Source: Eledone cirrhosa
Lineage: Eukaryota
NCBI GenBank assembly: GCA_964016885.1
Contig: OZ024743.1
Span: 170,934,001-170,998,000 of the forward strand
Direction: 5' to 3'
Length of the DNA: 64,000 nucleotides
In this document: positions 27,601-44,500 of the stretch, piece by piece
Numbering within the stretch: position 1 is the stretch's first letter
How the letters are laid out: the number at the start of each line of letters is the position of its first letter
Made by a program: the position numbers and the translations under genes
The notes under the pieces: generated by a model
The model's input: only the letters and a program-made list of their open reading frames with translations
Told to the model about the DNA's origin: nothing
Database searches by the model: none

Positions 27601-30600
27601 AACTACTGTAAAACCACTGTATCAACACCATAGTCACAACGTCTGTAATACGACAGTATCAACACCACAGTCACAACTACTGTAAGACCACTGTATCAAC
27701 ACCACAGTCATAACTACTGTAAGACCACTGTATCCACACCATAGTCACAACTACTGTAAGACCACTGTATCAACACCACAGTCACAACTACTGTAAGACC
27801 ACTGTATCAACACCACAGTCATAACTACTTTAAGACCACTGTATCCACACCATAGTCACATCTACTGTAAGACCACTGTATCAACACCATAGTCACAACT
27901 ACTGTAAGAGTACTGTATCAACACCACAGTCACAACTACTGTAAGACCACTGTATCAACAACACAGTCACAACTACTCTAAGACCACTGTATCAACACCA
28001 CAGTCACAACTACTGTAAGCCCACTGTATCAAGACCATAGTCATAACTACCGTAAGACCACTGTATCAACACCGTAGTCATAAGACCACTGTATCAAAAC
28101 CATAGTCACAACTACTGTAAGACCATTGTATCAACACCACAGTCACAACTACTGTAAGAGGTAAGACCACTGTATCAACACCACACTCACAAATAATGTA
28201 AGACCACTGTATCAACACCACAATCACAACTACTGTAAGCCCACTGTATCAACACCATAGTCACAACTACTGTAAGACCAGTGTATCCACACCATAGTCA
28301 TAACTACTGTAAGACCACTGTATCAACACCATAGTCACAACTACTGTAAGACCACTGTATCAACACCATAGTCATAACTACCGTAAGACCACTGTATCAA
28401 CACCACAGTCATAAGACCACTGTATCAAAACAATAGTCACGACTACTGTAAGACCACTGTATCAACACCATAGTCAGAACTACTGTAAGACCACTGTATC
28501 AACACCATAGTCACAACTACTGTAAGACCACTGTATCAACACCATAGTCACAACTACTGTAAGACCACTGTATCAACACCACACTCACAACTACTGTAAG
28601 AACACTGTATCAACACCACAGTCATAACTACTGTAAGACCACTGTATCAACACCACAGTCACAACTACTGTAAGACCACTGTATCAACACCACAGTCACA
28701 ACTACTGTAAGACCACTGTATCAACACCATAATCACAACTACTGTAAGACCACGGTATCAACACCGTAGTCAGAACTACTGTAAGAACACTGTATCAACA
28801 CCACAGTCACAACGTCTGTAAGACCACTGAATCAACACCATAGTCACAACTACTGTAAGACCACTGTATCAACAACACTGTCACAACTACTCTAAGACCA
28901 CTGTATCAACACCACAATCACAACTACTGTAAGACCACTGTATCAACACCATAGTCACAACTACTGTAAGACCACTGTATCAACACCAGATTCACAACTA
29001 CTGTAAGACCACTGTATCAACACCACAGTCACAACTACTGTAAGACTACTGTATCAACACCACACTCACAACTACTCTAAGACCACCGTATCAACACGAC
29101 AGTCACAACTACTGTAAGCCCACCGTATCAACACGATAGTCATTACTACTGTAAGACCACTGTATCCACACCATAGTCACAACTACTGTAAGACCACTGT
29201 ATCAACACCAGATTCACAACTACTGTAAGACCACTGTATCAACACGACAGTCACAACTACTGTAAGCCCACCGTATCAACACCATAGTCATAACTACTGT
29301 AAGACCAGTGTATCAACACCATAGTCATAACTACCGTAAGACCACTGTATCAACACCATAGTCATAAGACCACTGTATCAACACCATGGTCACAACTACT
29401 GTAAGACCACTGTATCAACACCACAGTCACAACTACTGTAAGACCACTGTATCAACAGCATAGTCACAACTATTGTAAGACCACTGTATCAACACCACAG
29501 TCACAACTACAGTAAGACAACTGTATCAACACCATAGTCACAACTACTGTAAGACCACTGTATCCACACCATAGTCATAACTACTGTAAGACCACTGTAT
29601 CAACACCATAGTCACAACTACTGTAAGACCACTGTATCAACACCATAGTCATAACTACCGTAAGACCACTGTATCAACACCACAGTCATAAGACCACTGT
29701 ATCAAAACAATAGTCACGACTACTGTAAGACCACTGTATCAACACCATAGTCAGAACTACTGTAAGACCACTGTATCAACACCATAGTCACAACTACTGT
29801 AAGACCACTGTATCAACACCATAGTGACAACTACTGTAAGAACACTGTATCAACACCACAGTCATAACTACTGTAAGACCACTGTATCAACACCACAGTC
29901 ACAACTACTGTAAGACCACTGTATCAACACCACAGTCACAACTACTGTAAGACCACTGTATCAACACCATAATCACAACTACTGTAAGACCACGGTATCA
30001 ACACCGTAGTCAGAACTACTGTAAGACCACTGTATCAACACGACAGTCACAACGTCTGTAAGACGACTGAATCAACACCATAGTCACAACTACTGTAAGA
30101 CCACTGTATCAACAACACAGTCACAACTACTCTAAGACCACTGTATCAACACCACTGTCACAACTACTGTAAGACCACTGTATTAACACCACAGTCATAA
30201 CTACTGTAAGACCACTGTATCCACACCATAGTCACAACTACTGTAAGACCACTGTATCAACACCAGATTCACAACTACTGTAAGACCACTGTATCAACAC
30301 CACAGTCACAACTACTGTAAGACCACTGTATCAACACCACACTCACAACTACTCTAAGACCACTGTATCAACACGACAGTCACAACTACTGTAAGCCCAC
30401 CGTATCAACACCATAGTCATAACTACTGTAAGACCAGTGTATCAACACCATAGTCATAACTACCGTAAGACCACTGTATCAACACCATAGTCATAAGACC
30501 ACTGAATCAACACCATGGTCACAACTACTGTAAGACCACTGTATCAACACCACAGTCACAACTACTGTAAGACAACTGTATCAACAGCATAGTCACAACT

Positions 30601-33600
30601 ATTGTAAGACCACTGTATCAACAACATAGTCACAACGTCTGTAATACGACAGTATCAACACCATAGTCACAAATATTGTAAGACCACTGTATCAACACCA
30701 CAGTCACAACTACTGTAAGACCACTGTATCAACACCACAGTCACAACTGCTGTAAGACCAATGTATCAACACCACAGTCACAACTACTGTAAGACCACTG
30801 TATCGACACCATAATCACAACTACTGTAAGACCACGGTATCAACACCGTAGTCAGAACTACTGTAAGACCACTGTATCTACACCACAGTCACAACTACTG
30901 TAAGACCACTGTATCAACACCACAGTCACAACTACTGTAAGACCACTGTATCGACACCATAATCACAACTACTGTAAGACCACTGTATCAACACCTCACT
31001 CACAACTACTCTAAGACCACTGTATCAACACCACAGTCACAACTACTGTAAGACCACTGTATCAACACCACAGTCACAACTGCTGTAAGACCAATGTATC
31101 AACACCGTAGTCAGAACTACTGTAAGACCACTGAATCAACACCATAGCCACAACTACTGTAAGACCACTGTATCAACACCACAGTCACAACTACTGTAAG
31201 ACCACTGTATCAACACCACAGTCATAACTACTGTAAGACCACTGTATCCACACCATAGTCACAACTACTGTAAGACCACTGTATCAACACCAGATTCACA
31301 ACTACTGTAAGACCACTGTATCAACACCACAGTCACAACTACTGTAAGACCACTGTATCAACACCTCACTCACAACTACTCTAAGACCACTGTATCAACA
31401 CCACAGTCACAACTACTGTAAGCCCACCGTATCAACACCATAGTCATAACTACTGTAAGACCAGTGTATCAACACCATAGTCATAACTACCGTAAGACCA
31501 CTGTATCAACACCGTAGTCATAAGACCACTGTATCAAAACCATAGTCACATCTACTGTAAGACCATTGTATCAACACCACAGTCACAACTACTGTAAGAC
31601 CACTGTATCAACACCACACTCACAACTACTGTAAGACCACTGTATCAACACCACAATCACAACTACTGTAAGACCACTGTATCAACACCATAGTCACAAC
31701 TACTGTAAGACCACTGTATCCACACCATAGTCATAACTACTGTAAGACCACTGTATCAACACCATAGTCATAAGACCATTGTATCAACACCATGGTCACA
31801 ACTACTGTAAGACCACTGTATCAACACCATAATCACAACTACTATAAACCCACTGTATCAACACCATAGTCACAACTACTGTAAGACCACTGTATCAACA
31901 ACATAGTCACAACGTCTGTAATACGACAGTATCAACACCATAGTCACAAATATTGTAAGACCACTGTATCAACACCACAGTCACAACTACTGTAAGACCA
32001 CTGTATCAACACCACAGTCATAACTACTGTAAGACCACTGTATCCACACCATAGTCACAACTACTGTAAGACCACTGTATCAACACCACAGTCATAACTA
32101 CTGTAAGACCACTGTATACACAGCATAGTCACATCTACTGTAAGACCACTATATCAACACCATAGTCATAACTACCGTAAGACCACTGTATCAACACCGT
32201 AGTCATAAGACCACTGTATCAAAACCATAGTCACATCTACTGTAAGACCATTGTATCAACACCACAGTCACAACTACTGTAAGACCACTGTATCAACACC
32301 ACACTCAAAACTACTGTAAGACCACTGTATCAACACCACAATCACAACTACTGTAAGACCACTGTATCAACACCATAGTCACAACTACTGTAAGACCACT
32401 GTATCCACACCATAGTCATAACTACTGTAAGACCACTGTATCAACACCATAGTCACAACTACTCTAAGACCACTGTATCAACACCATAGTCATAAATAAC
32501 GTAAGACCACTGTATCAACACCACAGTCATAAGACCACTGTATCAAAACAATAGTCACAACTACTGTAAGAACACTGTATCAACACCACAGTCATAACTA
32601 CTGTAAGACCACTGTATCAACACCACAGTCACAACTACTGTAAGACCACTGTATCAACACCACAGTCACAACTACTGTAAGACCACTGTATCAACACCAT
32701 AATCACAACTACTGTAAGACCACGGTAGCAACACCGTAGTCAGAACTACTGTAAGACCACAGTATCAACACCACAGTCACAACGTCTGTAAGACCACTGA
32801 ATCAACACCATAGTCACAACTACTGTAAGACCACTGTATCAACATCACAGTCACAACTACTCTAAGACCACTGTATCAACACCACAGTCACAACTACTGT
32901 AAGACCACTGTATCAACACCACACTCACAACTACTGTAAGACCACTGTATCAACACCACAATCACAACTACTGTAAGACCACTGTATCAACACCATAGTC
33001 ACAACTACTGTAAGACCACTGTATCAACACCACACTCACAACTACTGTAAGACCACTGTATCAACACCACAATCACAACTACTCTAAGACCACTGTATCA
33101 ACACCACAGTCACAACTACTGTAAGCCCACTGTATCAACACCATAGTCATAACTACTGTAAGACCAGTGTATCAACACCATAGTCATAACTACCGTAAGA
33201 CCACTGTATCAACACCATAGTCATAAGACCACTGTATCAACACCATGGTCACAACTACTGTAAGACCACTGTATCAACACCACAATCACAACTACTGTAA
33301 GACCACTGTATCAACACCATAGTCACAACTACTGTAAGACCACTGTATCAACAACACAGTCCCAACTACTCCAAGACCACTGTATCAACACCACAGTCAC
33401 AACTACTGTTAGCCCACTGTATCAACACCATAGACATAACTACTGTAAGACCACTGTATCAACACCATAGTCACAACTACTGTAAGACCCCTGTATCAAC
33501 ACCATAGTCATAACTACCGTAAGACCAGTGTATCAACTCCATAGTCATAAGACCACTGTATCAACACCATAGTCACAACTACTGTAAGACCACTTTATCA

Positions 33601-35599
33601 ACACCATAATCACAACTACTGTAAGACCACGGTATCAACACCGTAGTCAGAACTACTGCAAGACCACTGTATCAACACCACACTCACAACGTCTGTAAGA
33701 CCAATGAATCAACACCATAGTCACAACTATTGTAAGACCACTGTATCAACAACACAGTCACAACTACTCTAAGACCACTGTATCAACACCACAGTCACAA
33801 CTACTCTAAGCCCACTGTATCAACATCATACTCATAACTACTGTAAGACCACTGTATCAACACCATAGTCATAACTACCGTAAGACCACTGTATCACACC
33901 ACAGTCATAAGACCACTGTATCAACACCATAGTCACAACTACTGTAAGACCACTGTATCAACAACATAGTCACAAATATTGTAAGACCACTGTATCAACA
34001 CCACAGTCACAACTACTGTAAGACCACTGTATCAACACCACAGTCATAACTACTCTAAGACCACTGTATCCACACCATAGTTAGAACTACTGTAAGACCA
34101 CTGTATCAACACCATAGTCATAACGTCTGTAATACGACAGTATCAACACCATAGTCACAACTATTGTAAGACCACTGTATCAACACCACAGTCACAACTA
34201 CTGTAAGACCACTGTATCAACACCACAGTCATAACTACTTTAAGACCACTGTATCCACACCGTAGTCACATCTACTGTAAGACCACTGTATCAACACCAT
34301 AGTCACAACTACTGTAAGAGCACTGTACCAACACCACAGTCACAACTACTGTAAGACCACTGTATCAACAACACAGTCACAACTACTCTAAGACCACTGT
34401 ATCAACACCACAGTCACAACTACTGTAAGCCCACTGTATCAACACCATAGTCATAACTACTGTAAGACCACTGTATCAACACCATATTCATAACTACCGT
34501 AAGACCACTGTATCAACACCGTAGTCATAAGACCACTGTATCAAAACCATAGTCACAACAACTATAAGATCACCGTATCAACACCACAGCCACAACTACT
34601 GTAAGACCACTGTATCAACACCATAATCACAACTACTATAAGCCCACTGTATCAACACCATAGTCACAACTACTGTAAAACCACTGTATCAACACCATAG
34701 TCACAACGTCTGTAATACGACAGTATCAACACCACAGTCACAACTACTGTAAGACCACTGTATCAACACCACAGTCATAACTACTGTAAGACCACTGTAT
34801 CCACACCATAGTCACAACTACTGTAAGACCACTGTATCAACACCACAGTCACAACTACTGTAAGACCACTGTATCAACACCACAGTCATAACTACTTTAA
34901 GACCACTGTATCCACACCATAGTCACATCTACTGTAAGACCACTGTATCAACACCATAGTCACAACTACTGTAAGAGTACTGTATCAACACCACAGTCAC
35001 AACTACTGTAAGACCACTGTATCAACAACACAGTCACAACTACTCTAAGACCACTGTATCAACACCACAGTCACAACTACTGTAAGCCCACTGTATCAAC
35101 ACCATAGTCATAACTACCGTAAGACCACTGTATCAACACCGTAGTCATAAGACCACTGTATCAAAACCATAGTCACAACTACTGTAAGACCATTGTATCA
35201 ACACCACAGTCACAACTACTGTAAGAGGTAAGACCACTGTATCAACACCACACTCACAAATACTGTAAGACCACTGTATCAACACCACAATCACAACTAC
35301 TGTAAGCCCACTGTATCAACACCATAGTCACAACTACTGTAAGACCAGTGTATCCACACCATAGTCATAACTACTGTAAGACCACTGTATCAACACCATA
35401 GTCTCAACTACTGTAAGACCACTGTATCAACACCATAGTCATAACTACCGTAAGACCACTGTATCAACACCACAGTCATAAGACCACTGTATCAAAACAA
35501 TAGTCACGACTACTGTAAGACCACTGTATCAACACCATAGTCAGAACTACTGTAAGACCACTGTATCAACACCATAGTCACAACTACTGTAAGACCACT

Positions 35600-38500
35600 G
35601 TATCAACACCATAGTCACAACTACTGTAAGACCACTGTATCAACACCACACTCACAACTACTGTAAGAACACTGTATCAACACCACAGTCATAACTACTG
35701 TAAGACCACTGTATCAACACCACAGTCACAACTACTGTAAGACCACTGTATCAACACCACAGTCACAACTACTGTAAGACCACTGTATCAACACCATAAT
35801 CACAACTACTGTAAGACCACGGTATCAACACCGTAGTCAGAACTACTGTAAGAACACTGTATCAACACCACAGTCACAACGTCTGTAAGACCACTGAATC
35901 AACACCATAGTCACAACTACTGTAAGACCACTGTATCAACAACACAGTCACAACTACTCTAAGACCACTGTATCAACACCACAATCACAACTACTGTAAG
36001 ACCACTGTATCAACACCATAGTCACAACTACTGTAAGACCACTGTATCAACACCAGATTCACAACTACTGTAAGACCACTGTATCAACACCACAGTCACA
36101 ACTACTGTAAGACTACTGTATCAACACCACACTCACAACTACTCTAAGACCACCGTATCAACACGACAGTCACAACTACTGTAAGCCCACCGTATCAACA
36201 CGATAGTCATAACTACTGTAAGACCACTGTATCCACACCATAGTCACAACTACTGTAAGACCACTGTATCAACACCAGATTCACAACTACTGTAAGACCA
36301 CTGTATCAACACCACAGTCACAACTACTGTAAGACTACTGTATCAACACCACACTCACAACTACTCTAAGACCACCGTATCAACACGACAGTCACAACTA
36401 CTGTAAGCCCACCGTATCAACACCATAGTCATAACTACTGTAAGACCAGTGTATCAACACCATAGTCATAACTACCGTAAGACCACTGTATCAACACCAT
36501 AGTCATAAGACCACTGTATCAACACCATGGTCACAACTACTGTAAGACCACTGTATCAACACCACAGTCACAACTACTGTAAGACCACTGTATCAACAGC
36601 ATAGTCACAACTATTGTAAGACCACTGTATCAACACCACAGTTACAACTACAGTAAGACAACTGTATCAACACCATAGTCACAACTACTGTAAGACCACT
36701 GTATCCACACCATAGTCATAACTACTGTAAGACCACTGTATCAACACCATAGTCACAACTACTGTAAGACCACTGTATCAACACCATAGTCATAACTACC
36801 GTAAGACCACTGTATCAACACCACAGTCATAAGACCACTGTATCAAAACAATAGTCACGACTACTGTAAGACCACTGTATCAACACCATAGTCAGAACTA
36901 CTGTAAGACCACTGTATCAACACCATAGTCACAACTACTGTAAGACCACTGTATCAACACCATAGTGACAACTACTGTAAGAACACTGTATCAACACCAC
37001 AGTCATAACTACTGTAAGACCACTGTATCAACACCACAGTCACAACTACTGTAAGACCACTGTATCAACACCACAGTCACAACTACTGTAAGACCACTGT
37101 ATCAACACCATAATCACAACTACTGTAAGACCACGGTATCAACACCGTAGTCAGAACTACTGTAAGACCACTGTATCAACACGACAGTCACAACGTCTGT
37201 AAGACGACTGAATCAACACCATAGTCACAACTACTGTAAGACCACTGTATCAACAACACAGTCACAACTACTCTAAGACCACTGTATCAACACCACAGTC
37301 ACAACTACTGTAAGACCACTGTATCAACACCACAGTCATAACTACTGTAAGACCACTGTATCCACACCATAGTCACAACTACTGTAAGACCACTGTATCA
37401 ACACCAGATTCACAACTACTGTAAGACCACTGTATCAACACCACAGTCACAACTACTGTAAGACCACTGTATCAACACCACACTCACAACTACTCTAAGA
37501 CCACTGTATCAACACGACAGTCACAACTACTGTAAGCCCACCGTATCAACACCATAGTCATAACTACTGTAAGACCAGTGTATCAACACCATAGTCATAA
37601 CTACCGTAAGACCACTGTATCAACACCATAGTCATAAGACCACTGTATCAACACCATGGTCACAACTACTGTAAGACCACTGTATCAACACCACAGTCAC
37701 AACTACTGTAAGACCACTGTATCAACAGCATAGTCACAACTATTGTAAGACCACTGTATCAACAACATAGTCACAACGTTTGTAATACGACAGTATCAAC
37801 ACCATAGTCACAAATATTGTAAGACCACTGTATCAACACCACAGTCACAACTACTGTAAGACCACTGTATCAACACCACAGTCACAACTGCTGTAAGACC
37901 AATGTATCAACACCACAGTCACAACTACTGTAAGACCACTGTATCGACACCATAATCACAACTACTGTAAGACCACGGTATCAACACCGTAGTCAGAACT
38001 ACTGTAAGACCACTGAATCAACACCATAGCCACAACTACTGTAAGACCACTGTATGAACAACACAGTCACAACTACTCTAAGACCACTGTATCAACACCA
38101 CAGTCACAACTACTGTAAGACCACTGTATCAACACCACAGTCATAACTACTGTAAGACCACTGTATCCACACCATAGTCACAACTACTGTAAGACCACTG
38201 TATCAACACCAGATTCACAACTACTGTAAGACCACTGTATCAACACCACAGTCACAACTACTGTAAGACCACTGTATCAACACCTCACTCACAACTACTC
38301 TAAGACCACTGTATCAACACCACAGTCACAACTACTGTAAGCCCACCGTATCAACACCATAGTCATAACTACTGTAAGACCAGTGTATCAACACCATAGT
38401 CATAACTACCGTAAGACCACTGTATCAACACCATAGTCATAAGACCATTGTATCAACACCATGGTCACAACTACTGTAAGACCACTGTATCAACACCATA

Positions 38501-41500
38501 ATCACAACTACTATAAACCCACTGTATCAACACCATAGTCACAACTACTGTAAGACCACTGTATCAACAACATAGTCACAACGTCTGTAATACGACAGTA
38601 TCAACACCATAGTCACAAATATTGTAAGACCACTGTATCAACACCACAGTCACAACTACTGTAAGACCACTGTATCAACACCACAGTCATAACTACTGTA
38701 AGACCACTGTATCCACACCATAGTCACAACTACTGTAAGACCACTGTATCAACACCACAGTCATAACTACTGTAAGACCACTGTATACACAGCATAGTCA
38801 CATCTACTGTAAGACCACTGTATCAACACCATAGTCATAACTACCGTAAGACCACTGTATCAACACCGTAGTCATAAGACCACTGTATCAAAACCATAGT
38901 CACATCTACTGTAAGACCATTGTATCAACACCACAGTCACAACTACTGTAAGACCACTGTATCAACACCACACTCACAACTACTGTAAGACCACTGTATC
39001 AACACCACAATCACAACTACTGTAAGACCACTGTATCAACACCATAGTCACAACTACTGTAAGACCACTGTATCCACACCATAGTCATAACTACTGTAAG
39101 ACCACTGTATCAACACCATAGTCACAACTACTGTAAGACCACTGTATCAACACCATAGTCATAAATACCGTAAGACCACTGTATCAACACCACAGTCATA
39201 AGACCACTGTATCAAAACAATAGTCACGACTACTGTAAGACCACGGTATCAACACCATAGTCAGAACTACTGTAAGACCACTGTATCAACACCATAGTCA
39301 CAACTACTGTAAGACCACTGTATCAACACCATAGTCACAACTACTGTAAGAACACTGTATCAACACCACAGTCATAACTACTGTAAGACCACTGTATCAA
39401 CACCACAGTCACAACTACTGTAAGACCACTGTATCAACACCACAGTCACAACTACTGTAAGACCACTGTATCAACACCATAATCACAACTACTGTAAGAC
39501 CACGGTAGCAACACCGTAGTCAGAACTACTGTAAGACCACAGTATCAACACCACAGTCACAACGTCTGTAAGACCACTGAATCAACACCATAGTCACAAC
39601 TACTGTAAGACCACTGTATCAACATCACAGTCACAACTACTCTAAGACCACTGTATCCACACCATAGTCACAACTACTGTAAGACCACTGTATCAACATC
39701 AGATTCACAACTACTGTAAGACCACTGTATCAACACCACAGTCACAACTACTGTAAGACCACTGTATCAACACCACAGTCACAACTACTGTAAGACCACT
39801 GTATCAACACCACAGTCATAACTACTGTAAGACCACTGTATCCACACCATAGTCACAACTACTGTAAGACCACTGTATCAACATCAGATTCACAACTACT
39901 GTAAGACCACTGTATCAACACCACAGTCACAACTACTGTAAGACCACTGTATCAACACCACACTCACAACTACTGTAAGACCACTGTATCAACACCACAA
40001 TCACAACTACTCTAAGACCACTGTATCAACACCATAGTCACAACTACTGTAAGACCACTGTATCAACACCACACTCACAACTACTGTAAGACCACTGTAT
40101 CAACACCACAATCACAACTACTCTAAGACCACGGTATCAACACCACAGTCACAACTACTGTAAGCCCACTGTATCAACACCATAGTCATAACTACTGTAA
40201 GACCAGTGTATCAACACCGTAGTCATAACTACCGTAAGACCACTGTATCAACACCATAGTCATAAGACCACTGTATCAACACCATGGTCACAACTACTGT
40301 AAGACCACTGTATCAACACCACAATCACAACTACTGTAAGACCACTGTATCAACACCATAGTCACAACTACTGTAAGACCACTGTATCAACAACACAGTC
40401 ACAACTACTCCAAGACCACTGTATCAACACCACAGTCACAACTACTGTTAGCCCACTGTATCAACACCATAGACATAACAACTGTAAGACCACTGTATCA
40501 ACACCATAGTCACAACTACTGTAAGACCCCTGTATCAACACCATAGTCATAACTACCGTAAGACCAGTGTATCAACTCCATAGTCATAAGACCACTGTAT
40601 CAACACCATAGTCACAACTACTGTAAGACCACTTTATCAACACCATAATCACAACTACTGTAAGACCACGGTATCAACACCGTAGTCAGAACTACTGCAA
40701 GACCACTGTATCAACACCACACTCACAACGTCTGTAAGACCAATGAATCAACACCATAGTCACAACTATTGTAAGACCACTGTATCAACAACACAGTCAC
40801 AACTACTCTAAGACCACTGTATCAACACCACAGTCACAACTACTCTAAGCCCACTGTATCAACATCATACTCATAACTACTGTAAGACCACTGTATCAAC
40901 ACCATAGTCATAACTACCGTAAGACCACTGTATCACACCACAGTCATAAGACCACTGTATCAACACCATAGTCACAACTACTGTAAGACCACTGTATCAA
41001 CAACATAGTCACAAATATTGTAAGACCACTGTATCAACACCACAGTCACAACTACTGTAAGACCACTGTATCAACACCACAGTCATAACTACTCTAAGAC
41101 CACTGTATCCACACCATAGTTAGAACTACTGTAAGACCACTGTATCAACACCATAGTCATAACGTCTGTAATACGACAGTATCAACACCATAGTCACAAC
41201 TATTGTAAGACCACTGTATCAACACCACAGTCACAACTACTGTAAGACCACTGTATCAACACCACAGTCATAACTACTTTAAGACCACTGTATCCACACC
41301 GTAGTCACATCTACTGTAAGACCACTGTATCAACACCATAGTCACAACTACTGTAAGAGCACTGTACCAACACCACAGTCACAACTACTGTAAGACCACT
41401 GTATCAACAACACAGTCACAACTACTCTAAGACCACTGTATCAACACCACAGTCACAACTACTGTAAGCCCACTGTATCAACACCATAGTCATAACTACT

Positions 41501-44500
41501 GTAAGACCACTGTATCAACACCATATTCATAACTACCGTAAGACCACGGTATCAACACCGTAGTCATAAGACCACTGTATCAAAACCATAGTCACAACTA
41601 CTGTTAGACCATTGTATCAACACCACAGTCACAACTACTGTAAGACCACTGTATCAACACCACACTCACAACTACTGTAAGACCACTGTATCAACACCAC
41701 AATCACAACTACTGTAAGCCCACTGTATCAACACCATAGTCACAACTACTGTAAGACCACTGTATCAACACCACACTCACAACTACTGTAAGAACACTGT
41801 ATCAACACCACAGTCATAACTACTGTAAGACCACTGTATCAACACCACAGTCACAACTACTGTAAGACCACTGTATCAACACCACAGTCACAACTACTGT
41901 AAGACCACTGTATCAACACCATAATCACAACTACTGTAAGACCACGGTATCAACACCGTAGTCAGAACTACTGTAAGAACACTGTATCAACACCACAGTC
42001 ACAACGTCTGTAAGACCACTGAATCAACACCATAGTCACAACTACTGTAAGACCACTGTATCAACAACACAGTCACAACTACTCTAAGACCACTGTATCA
42101 ACACCACAATCACAACTACTGTAAGACCACTGTATCAACACCATAGTCACAACTACTGTAAGACCACTGTATCAACACCAGATTCACAACTACTGTAAGA
42201 CCACTGTATCAACACCACAGTCACAACTACTGTAAGACTACTGTATCAACACCACACTCACAACTACTCTAAGACCACCGTATCAACACGACAGTCACAA
42301 CTACTGTAAGCCCACCGTATCAACACGATAGTCATAACTACTGTAAGACCACTGTATCCACACCATAGTCACAACTACTGTAAGACCACTGTATCAACAC
42401 CAGATTCACAACTACTGTAAGACCACTGTATCAACACCACAGTCACAACTACTGTAAGACTACTGTATCAACACCACACTCACAACTACTCTAAGACCAC
42501 CGTATCAACACGACAGTCACAACTACTGTAAGCCCACCGTATCAACACCATAGTCATAACTACTGTAAGACCAGTGTATCAACACCATAGTCATAACTAC
42601 CGTAAGACCACTGTATCAACACCATAGTCATAAGACCACTGTATCAACACCATGGTCACAACTACTGTAAGACCACTGTATCAACACCACAGTCACAACT
42701 ACTGTAAGACCACTGTATCAACAGCATAGTCACAACTATTGTAAGACCACTGTATCAACACCACAGTTACAACTACAGTAAGACAACTGTATCAACACCA
42801 TAGTCACAACTACTGTAAGACCACTGTATCCACACCATAGTCATAACTACTGTAAGACCACTGTATCAACACCATAGTCACAACTACTGTAAGACCACTG
42901 TATCAACACCATAGTCATAACTACCGTAAGACCACTGTATCAACACCACAGTCATAAGACCACTGTATCAAAACAATAGTCACGACTACTGTAAGACCAC
43001 TGTATCAACACCATAGTCAGAACTACTGTAAGACCACTGTATCAACACCATAGTCACAACTACTGTAAGACCACTGTATCAACACCATAGTGACAACTAC
43101 TGTAAGAACACTGTATCAACACCACAGTCATAACTACTGTAAGACCACTGTATCAACACCACAGTCACAACTACTGTAAGACCACTGTATCAACACCACA
43201 GTCACAACTACTGTAAGACCACTGTATCAACACCATAATCACAACTACTGTAAGACCACGGTATCAACACCGTAGTCAGAACTACTGTAAGACCACTGTA
43301 TCAACACGACAGTCACAACGTCTGTAAGACGACTGAATCAACACCATAGTCACAACTACTGTAAGACCACTGTATCAACAACACAGTCACAACTACTCTA
43401 AGACCACTGTATCAACACCACAGTCACAACTACTGTAAGACCACTGTATCAACACCACAGTCATAACTACTGTAAGACCACTGTATCCACACCATAGTCA
43501 CAACTACTGTAAGACCACTGTATCAACACCAGATTCACAACTACTGTAAGACCACTGTATCAACACCACAGTCACAACTACTGTAAGACCACTGTATCAA
43601 CACCACACTCACAACTACTGTAAGACCACTGTATCAACACCACAGTCACAACTACTGTAAGCCCACCGTATCAACACCACAGTCATAACTACTGTAAGAC
43701 CAGTGTATCAACACCATAGTCATAACTACCGTAAGACCACTGTATCAACACCATAGTCATAAGACCACTGTATCAACACCATGGTCACAACTACTGTAAG
43801 ACCACTGTATCAACACCACAGTCACAACTACTGTAAGACCACTGTATCAACAGCATAGTCACAACTATTGTAAGACCACTGTATCAACAACATAGTCACA
43901 ACGTTTGTAATACGACAGTATCAACACCATAGTCACAAATATTGTAAGACCACTGTATCAACACCACAGTCACAACTACTGTAAGACCACTGTATCAACA
44001 CCACAGTCACAACTGCTGTAAGACCAATGTATCAACACCACAGTCACAACTACTGTAAGACCACTGTATCGACACCATAATCACAACTACTGTAAGACCA
44101 CGGTATCAACACCGTAGTCAGAACTACTGTAAGACCACTGAATCAACACCATAGCCACAACTACCGTAAGACCACTGTATGAACAACACAGTCACAACTA
44201 CTCTAAGACCACTGTATCAACACCACAGTCACAACTACTGTAAGACCACTGTATCAACACCACAGTCATAACTACTGTAAGACCACTGTATCCACACCAT
44301 AGTCACAACTACTGTAAGACCACTGTATCAACACCAGATTCACAACTACTGTAAGACCACTGTATCAACACCACAGTCACAACTACTGTAAGACCACTGT
44401 ATCAACACCTCACTCACAACTACTCTAAGACCACTGTATCAACACCACAGTCACAACTACTGTAAGCCCACCGTATCAACACCATAGTCATAACTACTGT

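Noticed and set aside
33889-33904. LexA/SOS-box-like CTGT-N8-ACAG (also ~40928 and ~47053)
   Set aside because: It is created only by a 1-bp deletion in a monomer whose normal spacing is N9. There is no promoter or gene context and the DNA is not evidently bacterial.
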